This document shows positions 23,601 through 33,990 of a stretch of 64,000 nt of DNA, piece by piece; the stretch's first letter is position 1; every line of letters starts with the position of its first letter. This stretch comes from Oopsacas minuta (taxonomy: Eukaryota > Animalia > Porifera): NCBI GenBank assembly GCA_024704765.1, contig JAKMXF010000356.1:1-64000 (forward strand). The letters run 5' to 3'. The position numbers and the translations under genes were made by a program. The notes beneath the pieces were generated by a model, which was given only the letters and a program-made list of their open reading frames with translations, did not search any database and was not told where the DNA came from.

Positions 23601-26600
23601 TGGAAGAAATGCTGTTTTTCAGGGGACGGTGAGTACATAGTAGCCGGTAGCTACCAAGAACATGCTCTATATATTTGGGATAAGAGCAATGGATCACTTG
23701 TAAAGATTCTGTCTGGACAAAAGGGTGAGAATATGCTAGATGTTGTATGGCATCCTATTCGACCAATTATTACTTCTATTTCTAATGGAATGGTACATAT
23801 ATGGGATCAGAATCAGGTAATTCATTTGTTTGTTTGTTTGTTTATTACAATATAAACACATTCCATCTTACCTAAGGCGTTGTCAGGGTGTAGTCTACCA
23901 CAACTTCTGCAACTGTCCATTTATCTCTTCCCTATTAAACAAGCAAGGATATTATATAGTTGTGATTAATTGTGTTTACTCATTGTTTATTAACTAATTA
24001 AGTGCTGAAAATATTTACTTTTTAATCATAAAGTGAGCGAATATCATCTTTTGTGCATAATACCAAAACATATGTCTCTTGGATCGACACATGTTAGTTC
24101 CATAAATAATAAAAAGCTTTGTAACAGTTGCAATTACGTAGGAATTAATGTTATTATTATATTAGAGTTATGAAGCCACAGAAAAACTACCTGAATTTCC
24201 AGGATTTTCTCCTTTCAGTAAAGGAATGTCGTAATCCTTAAACCTCATTAGAATATTAATTACATAATATTGAAGATTATATTCCAATGGATATACTATT
24301 ATATGATTTGAATTACTTTGTGGCAATGTGAGCATACTATGGATATATTACGTCCTATATTCCTAGTGCAGGTTGAGCTAGGGCCCAGTACTTTACCCTA
24401 TGGTGTGTTTAGATATCAATATGCAAGTATGGTGTATGAATCCTTATCCTTATACAGGGACATATTCTTTCGACCCCCTCCTTCAGTTCGGACTAGGGGA
24501 GGTGATAATCAGGGATGTAACGGTCATTGAGGCAGAAGAGCAGCTGCTGTATCGATTTTTCACATATCGCCTTATTTTCCTATTGTGATCACCGTTTTAT
24601 TCATTTACTAAGGGAATATTTATCCCCCGATTTCTAGTTAATCCCTCAGTTAATGCAATTAATAAGTTCTACAGTTTATCCTCCACAAACGGGTGTCAGG
24701 CGCCGCTACCACGTTTCCCCGTTTATAGAGGTTCATTTGTATGGGACTAAGAATTCGCTATTTATTCACTCCGTTTCTAGTAGTTACTCGTCTCCACAGT
24801 CTCCATTTGTGTAGGTTTCACTATAATTCTCTGTTGATATAGCAATAATAACTCAAGATTAGTTAACTGATTACCGCGATCTGTTACATTCGTAACGAAA
24901 AGGAACAATTCCCACACCCAAATCGAGATTTAGCACCTTTTTGACGTCATAAAAGCACTCATTTTCCCTGCTGTATTCGGTTAATCTTGAATCCCCCTGC
25001 TATATGAAAAGGAATCCCTCTAATTATAATTCAAAAGAAGCCTCAATCTTTGACACAACCTAATTCATCCAAGACAGGTCAAATAGGTTGTACTCATGTG
25101 TGATTTATTAATTAGGCTGTGTTGAGTATTTATAATTCAGAATTTGGTAAATAATAAATTGTTGATTTAAGTCTACCCTAGTTACACCAGGGGTGTAGAG
25201 TTATGTCTTCATTATCCTGTGTATAACTGTACATGTTAGGTCCAGTTTCATCCAGAAGTTCTAGAGATGGATATGTCAGATGATTTATCATAGAAATCGT
25301 CCCTCACAACCATTAGTAGACTTTCAATTTCATAATTATTCTATAATCATAGTCCCTTGGTACACCCCCATGGTACTAAAAATATTCTTCATAATGCTCC
25401 CCTGTCTGCATTTTTTGATAAATCCTTTAAAACCTATTTTGCAAATCACGATTAGTAATCTAATCTCTCATTAATTAGGCAAATGTATTTGTATAAATAT
25501 CCACGCAGAGGTTTGTATAGTATTGTTGGCGCCAGAGCTCCAATGGCAAAATTACCTGAAAATGAAGAATATGTGAAAAATATCCAAAATGATGAATGGG
25601 ACGTATTCGATACGAAAGTCTGCAAAATTCTGGGGAATGACTTTATCCCAGAAGATGAGATCGATAACGATTCCAAACTTCTAAATACGTCACTATTCAA
25701 ACCTCTCAATAAACAGCACTCACAAACCTCTTCCAATGACTTTTATCAGGAAGATTTTATGATGCAACTATTGCACGTTAAGGAAAAAATAAAGAAGAAA
25801 TTCGATCATTTGCTGTTTATTGTCGAACAGCGTAGACTAACGCTTCTTAGTCATGTTGAGAGATTAGCAGAGGATTATACAAGGAAAAATGAGGCATTTG
25901 AAAAGGAAAGAAGTAAAATTAGCGACGTCATTAGCATGGCAGATGAGTTGGGGAATGAGAGTGCTGATCTTCGAGATAATATTAGGCGATCATCGAAGCG
26001 AAGGATGAGCCAGTTGTCCTGCTCAAACGCGATTACATGGAACATACGGTTTAAGTGGAAAGAGTACTCAGAACTAATTGAAGACCTGGGGAAGGTGGAG
26101 GTCACTCATAATCCAAACTATTTACTTCGAAATGAATCATTTCCTACCTCTATTCACCACGGAAGCAGGGACAATGAAATTAAGTGGGCTACCGGACTAG
26201 CACTGGCGAATAACAATATCTACGTAGCAGATTCTGAGGACAATCGTGTGCAGATTTACACCCAAGATGGCGAACACGTTACTCAACTCACCTCTCCTAA
26301 AATGAACTGGCCTTTCGGCGTATGTGTAAAGGGTGAAATGATATATGTTACTCAATGTGGTACCCACACTGTCGGTTTATATAACTCGCGAGGAGTTTGT
26401 TTTGCTACCTGTGGTGGAAAAGGTAACGGAAGTGACAAGCTGAATAGACCATCTGGACTGGCCGTGGATGAATCGGATTTATTTGTATGTGATCAGGATA
26501 ATCACAGGATACAAGTATTCGATTCTAAAAAGTTGTCTCATAAACGGAAAATTTCTTCGCAATCATTCAACCACCCAAATGATTGTTCTGTGTGTTCCAA

Positions 26601-29334
26601 GGAACTGCTAGTTCTGACCTTGTCTGACCCGTGTATGCATTCGTTCACCTTAAGAGGCCAGTTATTGAGACAATTCCTGAGTTGGGGTCCTGGAAAAGAG
26701 GTCACATCGTCCACTTTTTTCACAGTTGATCATCTTGGAAATATTATAATCTCTGATTTAGGCGGGAATTGTTTGAAAGTTTTTTCTTATGAAGGTGCAT
26801 TCCTTTCTAAGATTACCTGTAACGGAGCTCTGAATCAACCCCGTGGTATCGGTCTAGACTCTAGTGGACAAATATATGTGTCACATCGTGGGAAAGTCGG
26901 TAATCCTAGCGTTATATTAATGTGTTGAATATACATACGATTATCTGATGAGTAGAGTAACTCCCCTTAATATAATTGTTGTTAAATGATCTTTGTTGAT
27001 ATATATCATTCTATTTATTATTTGTTAATTCTTAGTGTTAAGTAAATTTTCCAAATAGTTACGGAGAGTCAGGGTCGCTTAACGTGTACTCCCACGGGAC
27101 CAAAATATTGTTCATAATAGAGAGACATCAAATGAAGCGAAGGGACTTTACTTTCATTGTTTCATAATTATTAAGAGAATGCTGATGATAACCTACACAG
27201 GTGTTTGATTTATCATAATTTTACCCTCAAATGTGTGGCGGAGTTAGTTAAAATAGCTTACAACTTATAAGAATAAACTGTAGGTGTTAGTATTATTGGA
27301 ATTCTATCATTTGCATTATATTTAAATTACATACATTTATTCACATAGTTTGTCTTAACATTAGTTTGTTATTCAGTTTGTGTTACATATTTGGCGATGT
27401 TAAATATTTATGAACAATACACGAGTACTTGCTAAATCATTCATTCCTCACAAGAAGTAGTAATTGGCAAGAATTCACCTGCTATTAGTAGAGGAATTAT
27501 TTCCAATGCATAATGGACTCTTTGAGAAATCTTGGCGAATATTGCTAATAGTCGAATACCACTGTATACCGTATACTGCATCATATTTCTTCGATCCCCC
27601 CCAGTCGTATAAGGACTGGCCAAAAGTAATGGTTATCTGCAGGTAGTGAATATTGGACCATAAGAGCCCGTATGTACTCGTTATGTAAGTTTAATAGCTA
27701 AAGATGGTTGTTATGTATGCGCTATTTACAGGTAGAGAATTGGAGTGCATTTGCTCCAGACTTCAAAGAACTAGAAGAGAATGAAGAGTACGAGGAGAGA
27801 GAATCAGAATTTGATATAGAAGATGAGGATAAATCAATTGGGAGTGTAGAGATAGATGGGAAGAGCGGAGATGAGTCTGTTGATATTTCTACAGTGCAAC
27901 CTATACCTGCTTTCTGTTCTAGTGATGAAGATCCTTTCAATGTGGGTGGTATTCAAAGTGTGACAGCCAATTCTTTTGGAGGGGAGGGGTCAACAATTTA
28001 GGGAATTGTGCGTTACGTAACGTTCAAAAGGTCCCTAAAGCAGTCAAAACCCGTTATAAAGTACACGGATATATTGAAATATCCGCATATATCGAAGTAT
28101 GAATTGTACAAATATGGTCCCAAACTGTCAAAGTAACATGTATATATTCGGTTATATCCAAGTAATTATCATGGCCCCTTGTGCTTCGATATAACGGGAA
28201 ATGAATGTAAATATAATTGTGCCATAGCATTGAACATAATATTAAAATCCAACCATAACAATATCCTTTACAGATTGTATGACTTATATATTACTAACTT
28301 GTAACTAATACATGTGGTAAGCTATAAAATACAACAGCGACAATGTAGAGAAAATCTACTTGTTATTGTTATTATTTGTTGTTCTAGGATGAAGATGGAC
28401 TCTACTGGCTTCCAACAGCTCCTGAAGTGGATGATCCAGAGGACGGACCTGGATGGGGACAACTTGAACCCTCTCTGTCTAATTTAGAGAATTTAGAAAA
28501 TATCTCTAAACGTCCTCTAGAATCACCTCCTTCTCCTGATATACCCGCTAAGAAAATGAGGACTATTGGTGAGTTTGTTTGTTTGTTGTTTGTTTGTTTG
28601 TTAATTTGTTTGTTTGTTTGTTTATTTGTTTGTTTGTTTAGACATTCCTCTTCCTATCAACTTTGAACACAAACAAGCAAACTTTAAGAAAGCAAAAAAG
28701 CCTCCTCCTGCCCCAATAAGCTCCAGCAAGCGATCAGCTGTTCGGAAAGGAAAAAGCAATAGAAATGCTGTCAGGAAGAAGTTGGAAAAGAAATCTGGAT
28801 TACCAACCAAGTTTGAGATAAGAAAATCTGCAGAATTGGTTTGTTAAATATTCAATATGGGGCAGGAACCTGAGGACATAGAATACACAAGGACTAGTAT
28901 TGTACAATGGAAACCGGTTATAATAACACCCTTGGGAGTAGCAATACATATTCTTATAACCGGTATAACTATACAGGAATATATGATAACTGTTTCCAGA
29001 GGATGGTGCTTATATCCGGCATCTACTGTAACCCTGATTGTCTATAGTTCCATATTCTAATCATTTTCTATATATCTACCATGAGTGTTTCAAAATATAG
29101 AACACACAACCAGACACATCAAAAGACACACAATCTAATCCTACATCTAGTTACACCAATCAGAATCCTGGGTTGATAGAAGTGTTAGATTATGGATCAG
29201 TTTTTAAAGATTTGGACACTTCAACCTCAGAATCTGACTATTCGTCTGACAGAATTTCTAACTCTAGGCCTGACTCTAACGGAGCTATAAGTAAGAGTTC
29301 TAGTTGTTCATCATCTGACGATTCTGATTCATAA
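14678..29334 (+). CDS. RBBP5: Retinoblastoma-binding protein 5 (COMPASS/MLL WD40 subunit, Swd1)
   Basis: Frame-consistent exons 14678-14910, 15197-15326, 15749-15948, 16010-16192, 23594-23816, 27732-27941, 28388-28568, 28642-28838 (or to stop 28847), 29101-29334. Motifs MNLELL, GTLLAVGCNDGRI, NCADRIIRVY, WKKCCFSGDGEYIVAGS, VENWSAFAPDFKELEENEEYEERESEFD. Confidence 0.95.
14945..15147. mobile_element. MITE, TIR family AAACTTGTTTCAGCTCCAC (RBBP5 intron 1)
   Basis: Perfect 19-bp TIR aaacttgtttcagctccac / gtggagctgaaacaagttt; internal sequence nearly identical to 41551-41745. Confidence 0.85.
16529..17599 (-). CDS. Intronless ankyrin-repeat protein 1, nested antisense in RBBP5 intron 4
   Basis: 356-aa ORF; ANK repeats (GVTPIQLAVLEGN, GYTLLHMSAEKGN, ATPLHLAVAHGH); acidic tail; TATAAATA 54 bp upstream (17653-17660). 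Confidence 0.9.
   Translation of the reverse strand: MCDKYLDSMEKQTCDNTKERYCSRKGNSQLHKYDGGSCPQNEKGHIIEPDGIPATKGVNKAKEISPKRISHENSINSIVENRNALMRNVDRYWNTNLQKMLLEITNQDIINRAIETLKNGNSFKPDISFQNLHGHSLLFVSILARNLTSTLALLRNGAPINQVDNERRTIFHYLAERNAEYYASKIFKEFTFPTNETSQVLKIWDKEGVTPIQLAVLEGNMEAFHYFYNIGGDQLYQKDKKKGYTLLHMSAEKGNEFLVDMLLNKKDEEIDINEQAPDEATPLHLAVAHGHINIVESLLDAGAIATIFMREYSIMGLIPEECEREMLGLFSKKLRPGEYCFLDENMLEVSDTDDSD
17701..17852. mobile_element. TTAA-bounded (piggyBac-like) MITE, copy 1
   Basis: ttaaccgattac...gtattcggttaa termini; homologous to 23374-23525 (opposite orientation) and 24863-24984. Confidence 0.75.
18232..18281. repeat. 25-bp direct tandem duplication
   Basis: taattatcttatctcagctgtcagc x2. 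Confidence 0.9.
20129..21247 (-). CDS. Intronless ankyrin-repeat protein 2 (paralog of 16529-17599), nested antisense in RBBP5 intron 4
   Basis: 372-aa ORF; RTIFHYL shared with the paralog; GQTPIQIAIEKEN, YTPLQYAARVGN, LTALFLAVSNNH; TATATAAAT about 65 bp upstream (21311-21319). Confidence 0.9.
   Translation of the reverse strand: MARRPHSDRQQNETFEADSIFSSNQRRSDQKSIAKAEIHFDGFSVPKQEEKRNENRPHTSPMQTEIRQYTFEDASQIIGKYARTNDSSYFNQLPIDLKLNSLFTLDKYKNTPLYISLITGAANAFYDFLKLLFNHSVPKQQVARYLNIKNIQGRSAIHLGLLSQNEAIFNSILNTNAVKIDAYDAKLRTIFHYLPETKFKLPDRLRYYEFSVNALNFHDSEGQTPIQIAIEKENVNMFQSYAEMGANLKIWDQKGQYTPLQYAARVGNIDILQYMLTSCDYGDINYQSPDGLTALFLAVSNNHLIAVQLLTKHKADPMILRDGNSILSYTQVNNDTKMRNVLFDSVDRDTDKWIFLNSRIDWESQEQSEYYY
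23374..23525. mobile_element. TTAA-bounded MITE, copy 2
   Basis: ttaaccgaatac...gtaatcgtttaa; reverse-complement homolog of 17701-17852. Confidence 0.7.
24863..24984. mobile_element. TTAA-bounded MITE, copy 3 (about 30-bp internal deletion)
   Basis: ttaactgattac...gtattcggttaa; shares cacacccaaatcgagatt and ttttgacgtcataa with copy 1. Confidence 0.7.
25543..26928 (+). CDS. Intronless coiled-coil + NHL-repeat protein nested on the same strand in RBBP5 intron 5
   Basis: ORF 25483-26928; likely start MAKLP at 25543 because TATAAATA lies at 25492-25499; coiled coil (IKKKFDHLLFIVEQRRLTLL), then NHL repeats (IYVADSEDNRVQIY, LNRPSGLAVD, LNQPRGIGLDSSGQIYVS). Confidence 0.88.
   Translation: MAKLPENEEYVKNIQNDEWDVFDTKVCKILGNDFIPEDEIDNDSKLLNTSLFKPLNKQHSQTSSNDFYQEDFMMQLLHVKEKIKKKFDHLLFIVEQRRLTLLSHVERLAEDYTRKNEAFEKERSKISDVISMADELGNESADLRDNIRRSSKRRMSQLSCSNAITWNIRFKWKEYSELIEDLGKVEVTHNPNYLLRNESFPTSIHHGSRDNEIKWATGLALANNNIYVADSEDNRVQIYTQDGEHVTQLTSPKMNWPFGVCVKGEMIYVTQCGTHTVGLYNSRGVCFATCGGKGNGSDKLNRPSGLAVDESDLFVCDQDNHRIQVFDSKKLSHKRKISSQSFNHPNDCSVCSKELLVLTLSDPCMHSFTLRGQLLRQFLSWGPGKEVTSSTFFTVDHLGNIIISDLGGNCLKVFSYEGAFLSKITCNGALNQPRGIGLDSSGQIYVSHRGKVGNPSVILMC
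28569..28641 (+). repeat. 73-bp RBBP5 intron made almost entirely of (GTTT)n
   Basis: gtgagtttgtttgtttg...tttgtttgtttag, between in-frame exons. Confidence 0.85.
28903..29030. mobile_element. Tc1/mariner-like MITE
   Basis: TA-bounded; ends ttatatccggcatctactgta; reverse-complement homolog at about 42502-42630. Confidence 0.65.
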
Positions 29335-29609
29335 TTATTCATATTGTTGCTATTAATAGTATCATTTATTTGTTACCATATATGGCCATTAACTGCTGGT
29401 ATAATTTGCACACATCATTCAATGGGTTAATCTCCTTATATGGTATTGAAATGATTCACTCATTTGATATATATGCAAATTAGCATCTTATCGCCTAGAA
29501 TAGTAGCAGGGGTGATTATTCATATGTTAGCACTACCAATAATCATAGCATTGTATACATGAATATTCTCTCAAATATTCTCTGAATCTAAGTTTGAATT
29601 AGCTATTGA

Positions 29610-31649
29610 ATGGATAAGCTAAACAGTGTGGTGGACCGTCTGGAAGCTGTGACAAACAAACTAGAGGGGATAGCTGACAAGGGGACGTTAAGGGGTACAG
29701 GAGGAGCCGGAGAGACCCCAGAATTTGTGGGGGCGTTTGATAAAGTTCTAGCCAGTCTAAGCGAATTCGACAGACTCTCAAATCTGATTGGTGGAGACGT
29801 AGCAGAGATAAGAGGGCTTGTCAGTAATGCTATGAATGAGGTTAAGGCATTTATTGTATTAGCAGGACAACATAAGAAACCCGCAGATGTTGTCATAGCT
29901 AAACTGTTGGTGAATGTTAATAGTGCTAGCGAAAAGGTAAATGCTATTACGATAATATTCTGTGTAACTTCCACTAATATGCTGCCTAGGGACAACGCTA
30001 CCCTGTTTCCACGTTTCTGACAAATTCCCAGTTTGTGGAGGTTTCACTGTATTTACATTATTTGTGTTTGTGTGTTTTTTGCTATTATTGATTGAGGAAC
30101 TAGTTAGTGAGGGCTAGAAACTTGAAGTGGCATGCGTGGGGAATGTGATAAATCTAGGAACAAGTTCTAATATCTAAATTAGTGGTTCCCAACCTCTTTC
30201 ATCCATAGAACCCCCTGATGTCTTCCGTGGATTTCAGGTTGGGAACAGCTGATCTAAACGATATCTCAAAATCTGAGATAGGTGATAAATGCCTTGTCAT
30301 ATCAGATTTTATTCATTTTATTCCTTATATAGCTTGTGGAATTTGCAGAGAGTAAAAGAGCTGACAAATCAATGAATAATATGTTTGCTGTAAAGGAATT
30401 ATTTCCTTACTCATTTGGATTCTTAATCCAAATGAAACCAAAGAAAATACCCAAACAGGCCCTTGATCAGGGAATGTTCTACTCTAACAGGTGAGGCACT
30501 AACTCGGTAACACGATATACAATTAAAGCGTACCATTTTCGGGACTATACTGGACAGTAGAACCTCCTAAAGTTGTGGGATACGAATTGACCCTTCGTAC
30601 GTGCCATTTGTAGGGCAACCGCCTATCTTGGAGGCTATAATGCATTTTATGGAAATATGCTATATTCCTGGATATTTTCTGGGTGTATATCTTTGGTTCT
30701 CACCTTTCCCCCCTTGGTACCAGTTTAACACATTCTGTGGACCCCTGCTGTCGTCCATTGACGAACCTCTTGTTATATTTACAATATTTTCTGTTATAGA
30801 GTGCTGAAGGAATTCAAAGATAAAGATTCAAATCAAGTAGATTGGTGTCGCTCATTAGCTAAGTACACCACAGCTCTGACAACCTATATCGAGGAGTATC
30901 TACCTGGTGGAATGGAATGGAATCCAGAAGGCTCCCCAATCACGTCTGACACATCAGCGCCCCCACCGGCGGCCTCGAAAGCTCCAGCGACCCAAGAGAG
31001 TTCCACCGCTTCGATCGCAGATGCGTTTCAAGGTGGAAACGTGACAGAAGGTCTTAAAAAAGTTGATCGTAGTCAAATGACCCATAAAAATCCGGAATTG
31101 AAAGCTTCGTCTCTTGTCAAGGCCAAGGAAAGTGGACTAGATAAACCAATGAAGGGGGATGTTACCATTCCAAAAAAGGACCCTCTACTCCGTTTGGAAA
31201 AGAAGAGATGGAGAATTGAGCATTTTGAGGGCAAGAACGATCTTACAATTACCCCCACTGAGAATTCTCATACTCTATACGTGTTTAATTGCAGTAAATG
31301 TACGATTTCTGTTACCCAAAAGATAAACTCGATAACTCTTGATAAATGCTTTCAAGTTGCTATCGTTTTTGAGGATGTTATCTCTCAATTTGAGACGATT
31401 AATTGTCAGAGGATCGAAGCACAGTCTAACGGACAATTACCTCTTATCAACATCGACAAAACAGACCAAGTTTCGATATATCTGAGCGAGAATTCGAAAA
31501 ATGCTGAGATCGTCCAAGCCAAATCGTCCGCTATGAATATTCTTCTACCTCAAGCTGATGGAGAGTTCAAGGAAGTGGCTTTACCAGAACAATTCAAGTC
31601 CATACTTCGAGGTAGCAGATATGTAACTACACCAACTGACTCTATATGA
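29610..31649 (+). CDS. CAP1: Adenylyl cyclase-associated protein (CAP/Srv2)
   Basis: Exons 29610-29936, 30333-30490, 30800-31649; N-terminal VDRLEAVTNKLE (RLE motif), helical domain FYSNRVLKEFK, Pro-rich APPPA, WH2-like GLKKVDRSQMTHKNPEL, CARP beta-helix ending PEQFKS. Confidence 0.95.
30180..30251. mobile_element. 72-bp hAT-type MITE in CAP intron 1
   Basis: TIR tagtggttcccaacct / aggttgggaacagctg with 8-bp TSD atctaaat / atctaaac. Confidence 0.8.
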
Positions 31650-32173
31650 GTGGCTTAATGTGGCATAGATTATTAGTAGTGTGTGATATATTAGTTATGT
31701 ATTGTTAGAAGACAGAGTGTGTATTTATAATTCGTATGAAATGTAGCGAGTGATTTGTTTACTCTATTTATTATAATTAACAAAAACAACAAAGCTTAAT
31801 GCTCCACATACGTAATTATTTATCACCTGATTCATCATATTTGAATCTTGTATTAATTGTATTTTAAGATTATTTTGTAGAAGACATACTTCGGTTAGTA
31901 CTTGAGAATTTTGTTACCCGAGGCATACGTCTTCTCCCACCATCATAGACATACATTTTCAAGAAATCTTGAGGGAGTCCCAGACCTTATTGCCCTTTAC
32001 ACCTATACCCACCATAATGGAAGCTAGATAAGACTCTATTGCTTCTTAAATACGAACTAATCCCTGGTTGAAGCTATCGAGGTTATAAACATAGAAAATA
32101 TAAATAATACAAACAATAAAATCTCATTTTTAACGAATAACTAAGAATAAATATTTGCAGATTTCAAACAAAT

Positions 32174-33749
32174 ACTTTTGATAATTCCAATTATTGGAAG
32201 AATAACTAATTGGAACTGAAACTAACCATAAGACACCTGCACTACATACACTAATTGTGTAATTGTATAACAGACATAACTCTAACCAAGAAACATTCCC
32301 TAACTTTACAGTAATTACTATAGCAACCATTGACGTACATTGGTATTCTCAAGTTACACAAGTATAAGATAGAGTCTGTAATAGTTAAAAATATTATTTC
32401 TAACAAACTCAAATCTAAACAATAAAATAGCAACAAATCAGCCCATAATTGTGCCACTTAATGAAGTGGCACAATTCGATTGTGTCGCTACTCAAATCAT
32501 GAATACGTTCGATCTCCTAATTCAGCAGCTGATCGCGAGGAGGGACGCTCTCCTGGGGAAACTCAAAGATATGAAAGATGCATATTTATCAAAAGAGAGC
32601 ACCCGTAAGTCAGCCATGGAGGAACTGGCCAATACTCAACGACACATGGAGGAGCTAAGTCTGAAAGTGAATGAGAACAAAGATCTCCATCAACTGACCA
32701 CTGACCTCTATCAACAGCGCATCAAACAGCTGGAGACTCCCACAAAACTCCAGCAGCCCTTCTTCTCCTATACGATGCTGTCTCAACTACATACTCAGAT
32801 CGCTGAGTTCGGAGAGGTGAAAGAATGGGAGCTAGACTACTCTCTGAAGAAAGAACCTATCCTAGCTGTTGGGAAGGTAGGGAAAGGTAACAATGAATTA
32901 AGTGCTGTAGGTCTATCTCTAGATGAACCAAATCAGATAATTTACATAGCTGATTGGGATAACAGTCGTATTCAAGTTGTGTCTTTTGAAAGAAAATTCT
33001 TGAAAAGATTCGGACATAACATACTCAAGCAACCATGGGGAATAGCTGTGACAGAAGATAACGTCTTCATTACGGACAGAGAACTCCACGCTTTATTACA
33101 GTTCAACAAGAAGGATTACAAACTAATGAAGAGGAGTGGTAACAAAGGAGCAGGAGATGGAGAGCTAAATGAACCACAAGGACTCTGTGTTGACTACAAT
33201 GGAGACGTGTATGTTACTGATAATCGCAATCACAGAGTTTCTATATTCTCCAAAGCTCTTGAATTTGTTAATTGTTTGGGTACTCAACAGCTACAATCCC
33301 CTCAGGATATTAAAGTTACTCCCACTAGCATTGTAGTGCTAGCTCTAAGTCCTAATTGTGTCCACTTCTACTCGAGAAGTGGACACCTTATAAACTCATG
33401 TATTACTAGTGGGGAGGATGGTGTGGTGTATGGTCCCTTATTCTTTTGTTTGGATGTAGTAGGGAATATTCTCATTACTGATTATACACGTAACAATATC
33501 AAGATACTATCTCCATCAGGAGAGATAATACACACCATAGGGAGGAGAGGACATGGGAGAGGAGAATTTAGATATCCATCTGGTATTAGTATTTCAGTAT
33601 TAGGAACTATTTATGTTATATTTTGGAATACTAATTTCTGTTTACAAGCATTTTAGTTTGTTGTTTGTGTTATTTATTATAATATTTCCCTTATTGATAT
33701 TATTCACATATTATACTTGTTGTTTACATTTATTTGCAGTTTAGTGTTA
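32174..33749. repeat. Inverted segmental duplication, copy 2 (partner 11363-12940)
   Basis: Reverse complement of 11363-12940. Confidence 0.95.
32427..33656 (+). CDS. Coiled-coil + NHL protein, copy 2; ancestral start codon mutated (ATG to ATA), next in-frame ATG at 32499
   Basis: Same 1230-nt frame length as copy 1, no internal stop; aaataaaATAgcaaca versus aaataaaATGgcaaca in copy 1. Confidence 0.75.
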   Translation: MATNQPIIVPLNEVAQFDCVATQIMNTFDLLIQQLIARRDALLGKLKDMKDAYLSKESTRKSAMEELANTQRHMEELSLKVNENKDLHQLTTDLYQQRIKQLETPTKLQQPFFSYTMLSQLHTQIAEFGEVKEWELDYSLKKEPILAVGKVGKGNNELSAVGLSLDEPNQIIYIADWDNSRIQVVSFERKFLKRFGHNILKQPWGIAVTEDNVFITDRELHALLQFNKKDYKLMKRSGNKGAGDGELNEPQGLCVDYNGDVYVTDNRNHRVSIFSKALEFVNCLGTQQLQSPQDIKVTPTSIVVLALSPNCVHFYSRSGHLINSCITSGEDGVVYGPLFFCLDVVGNILITDYTRNNIKILSPSGEIIHTIGRRGHGRGEFRYPSGISISVLGTIYVIFWNTNFCLQAF

Positions 33750-33990
33750 GTCATTGATAACTTTGATGAAAGGAGATTCATTTATTAAACATTTCCGTAA
33801 TTCTTTCTCTGAGAAGTGGACATATCCTTATAAATAGACAAATCCACTTCCCAATCTGTCCTCTCTTCTGTATTTTGTAAAGCTTAACTAATTATATACG
33901 AATAACTTTCCATAAATAGATACTTATTTCTTACTAATACTATTTGTGATTACGAAATCTATCTGAGACAGCTGTCTGTTTCCCGCGCGT

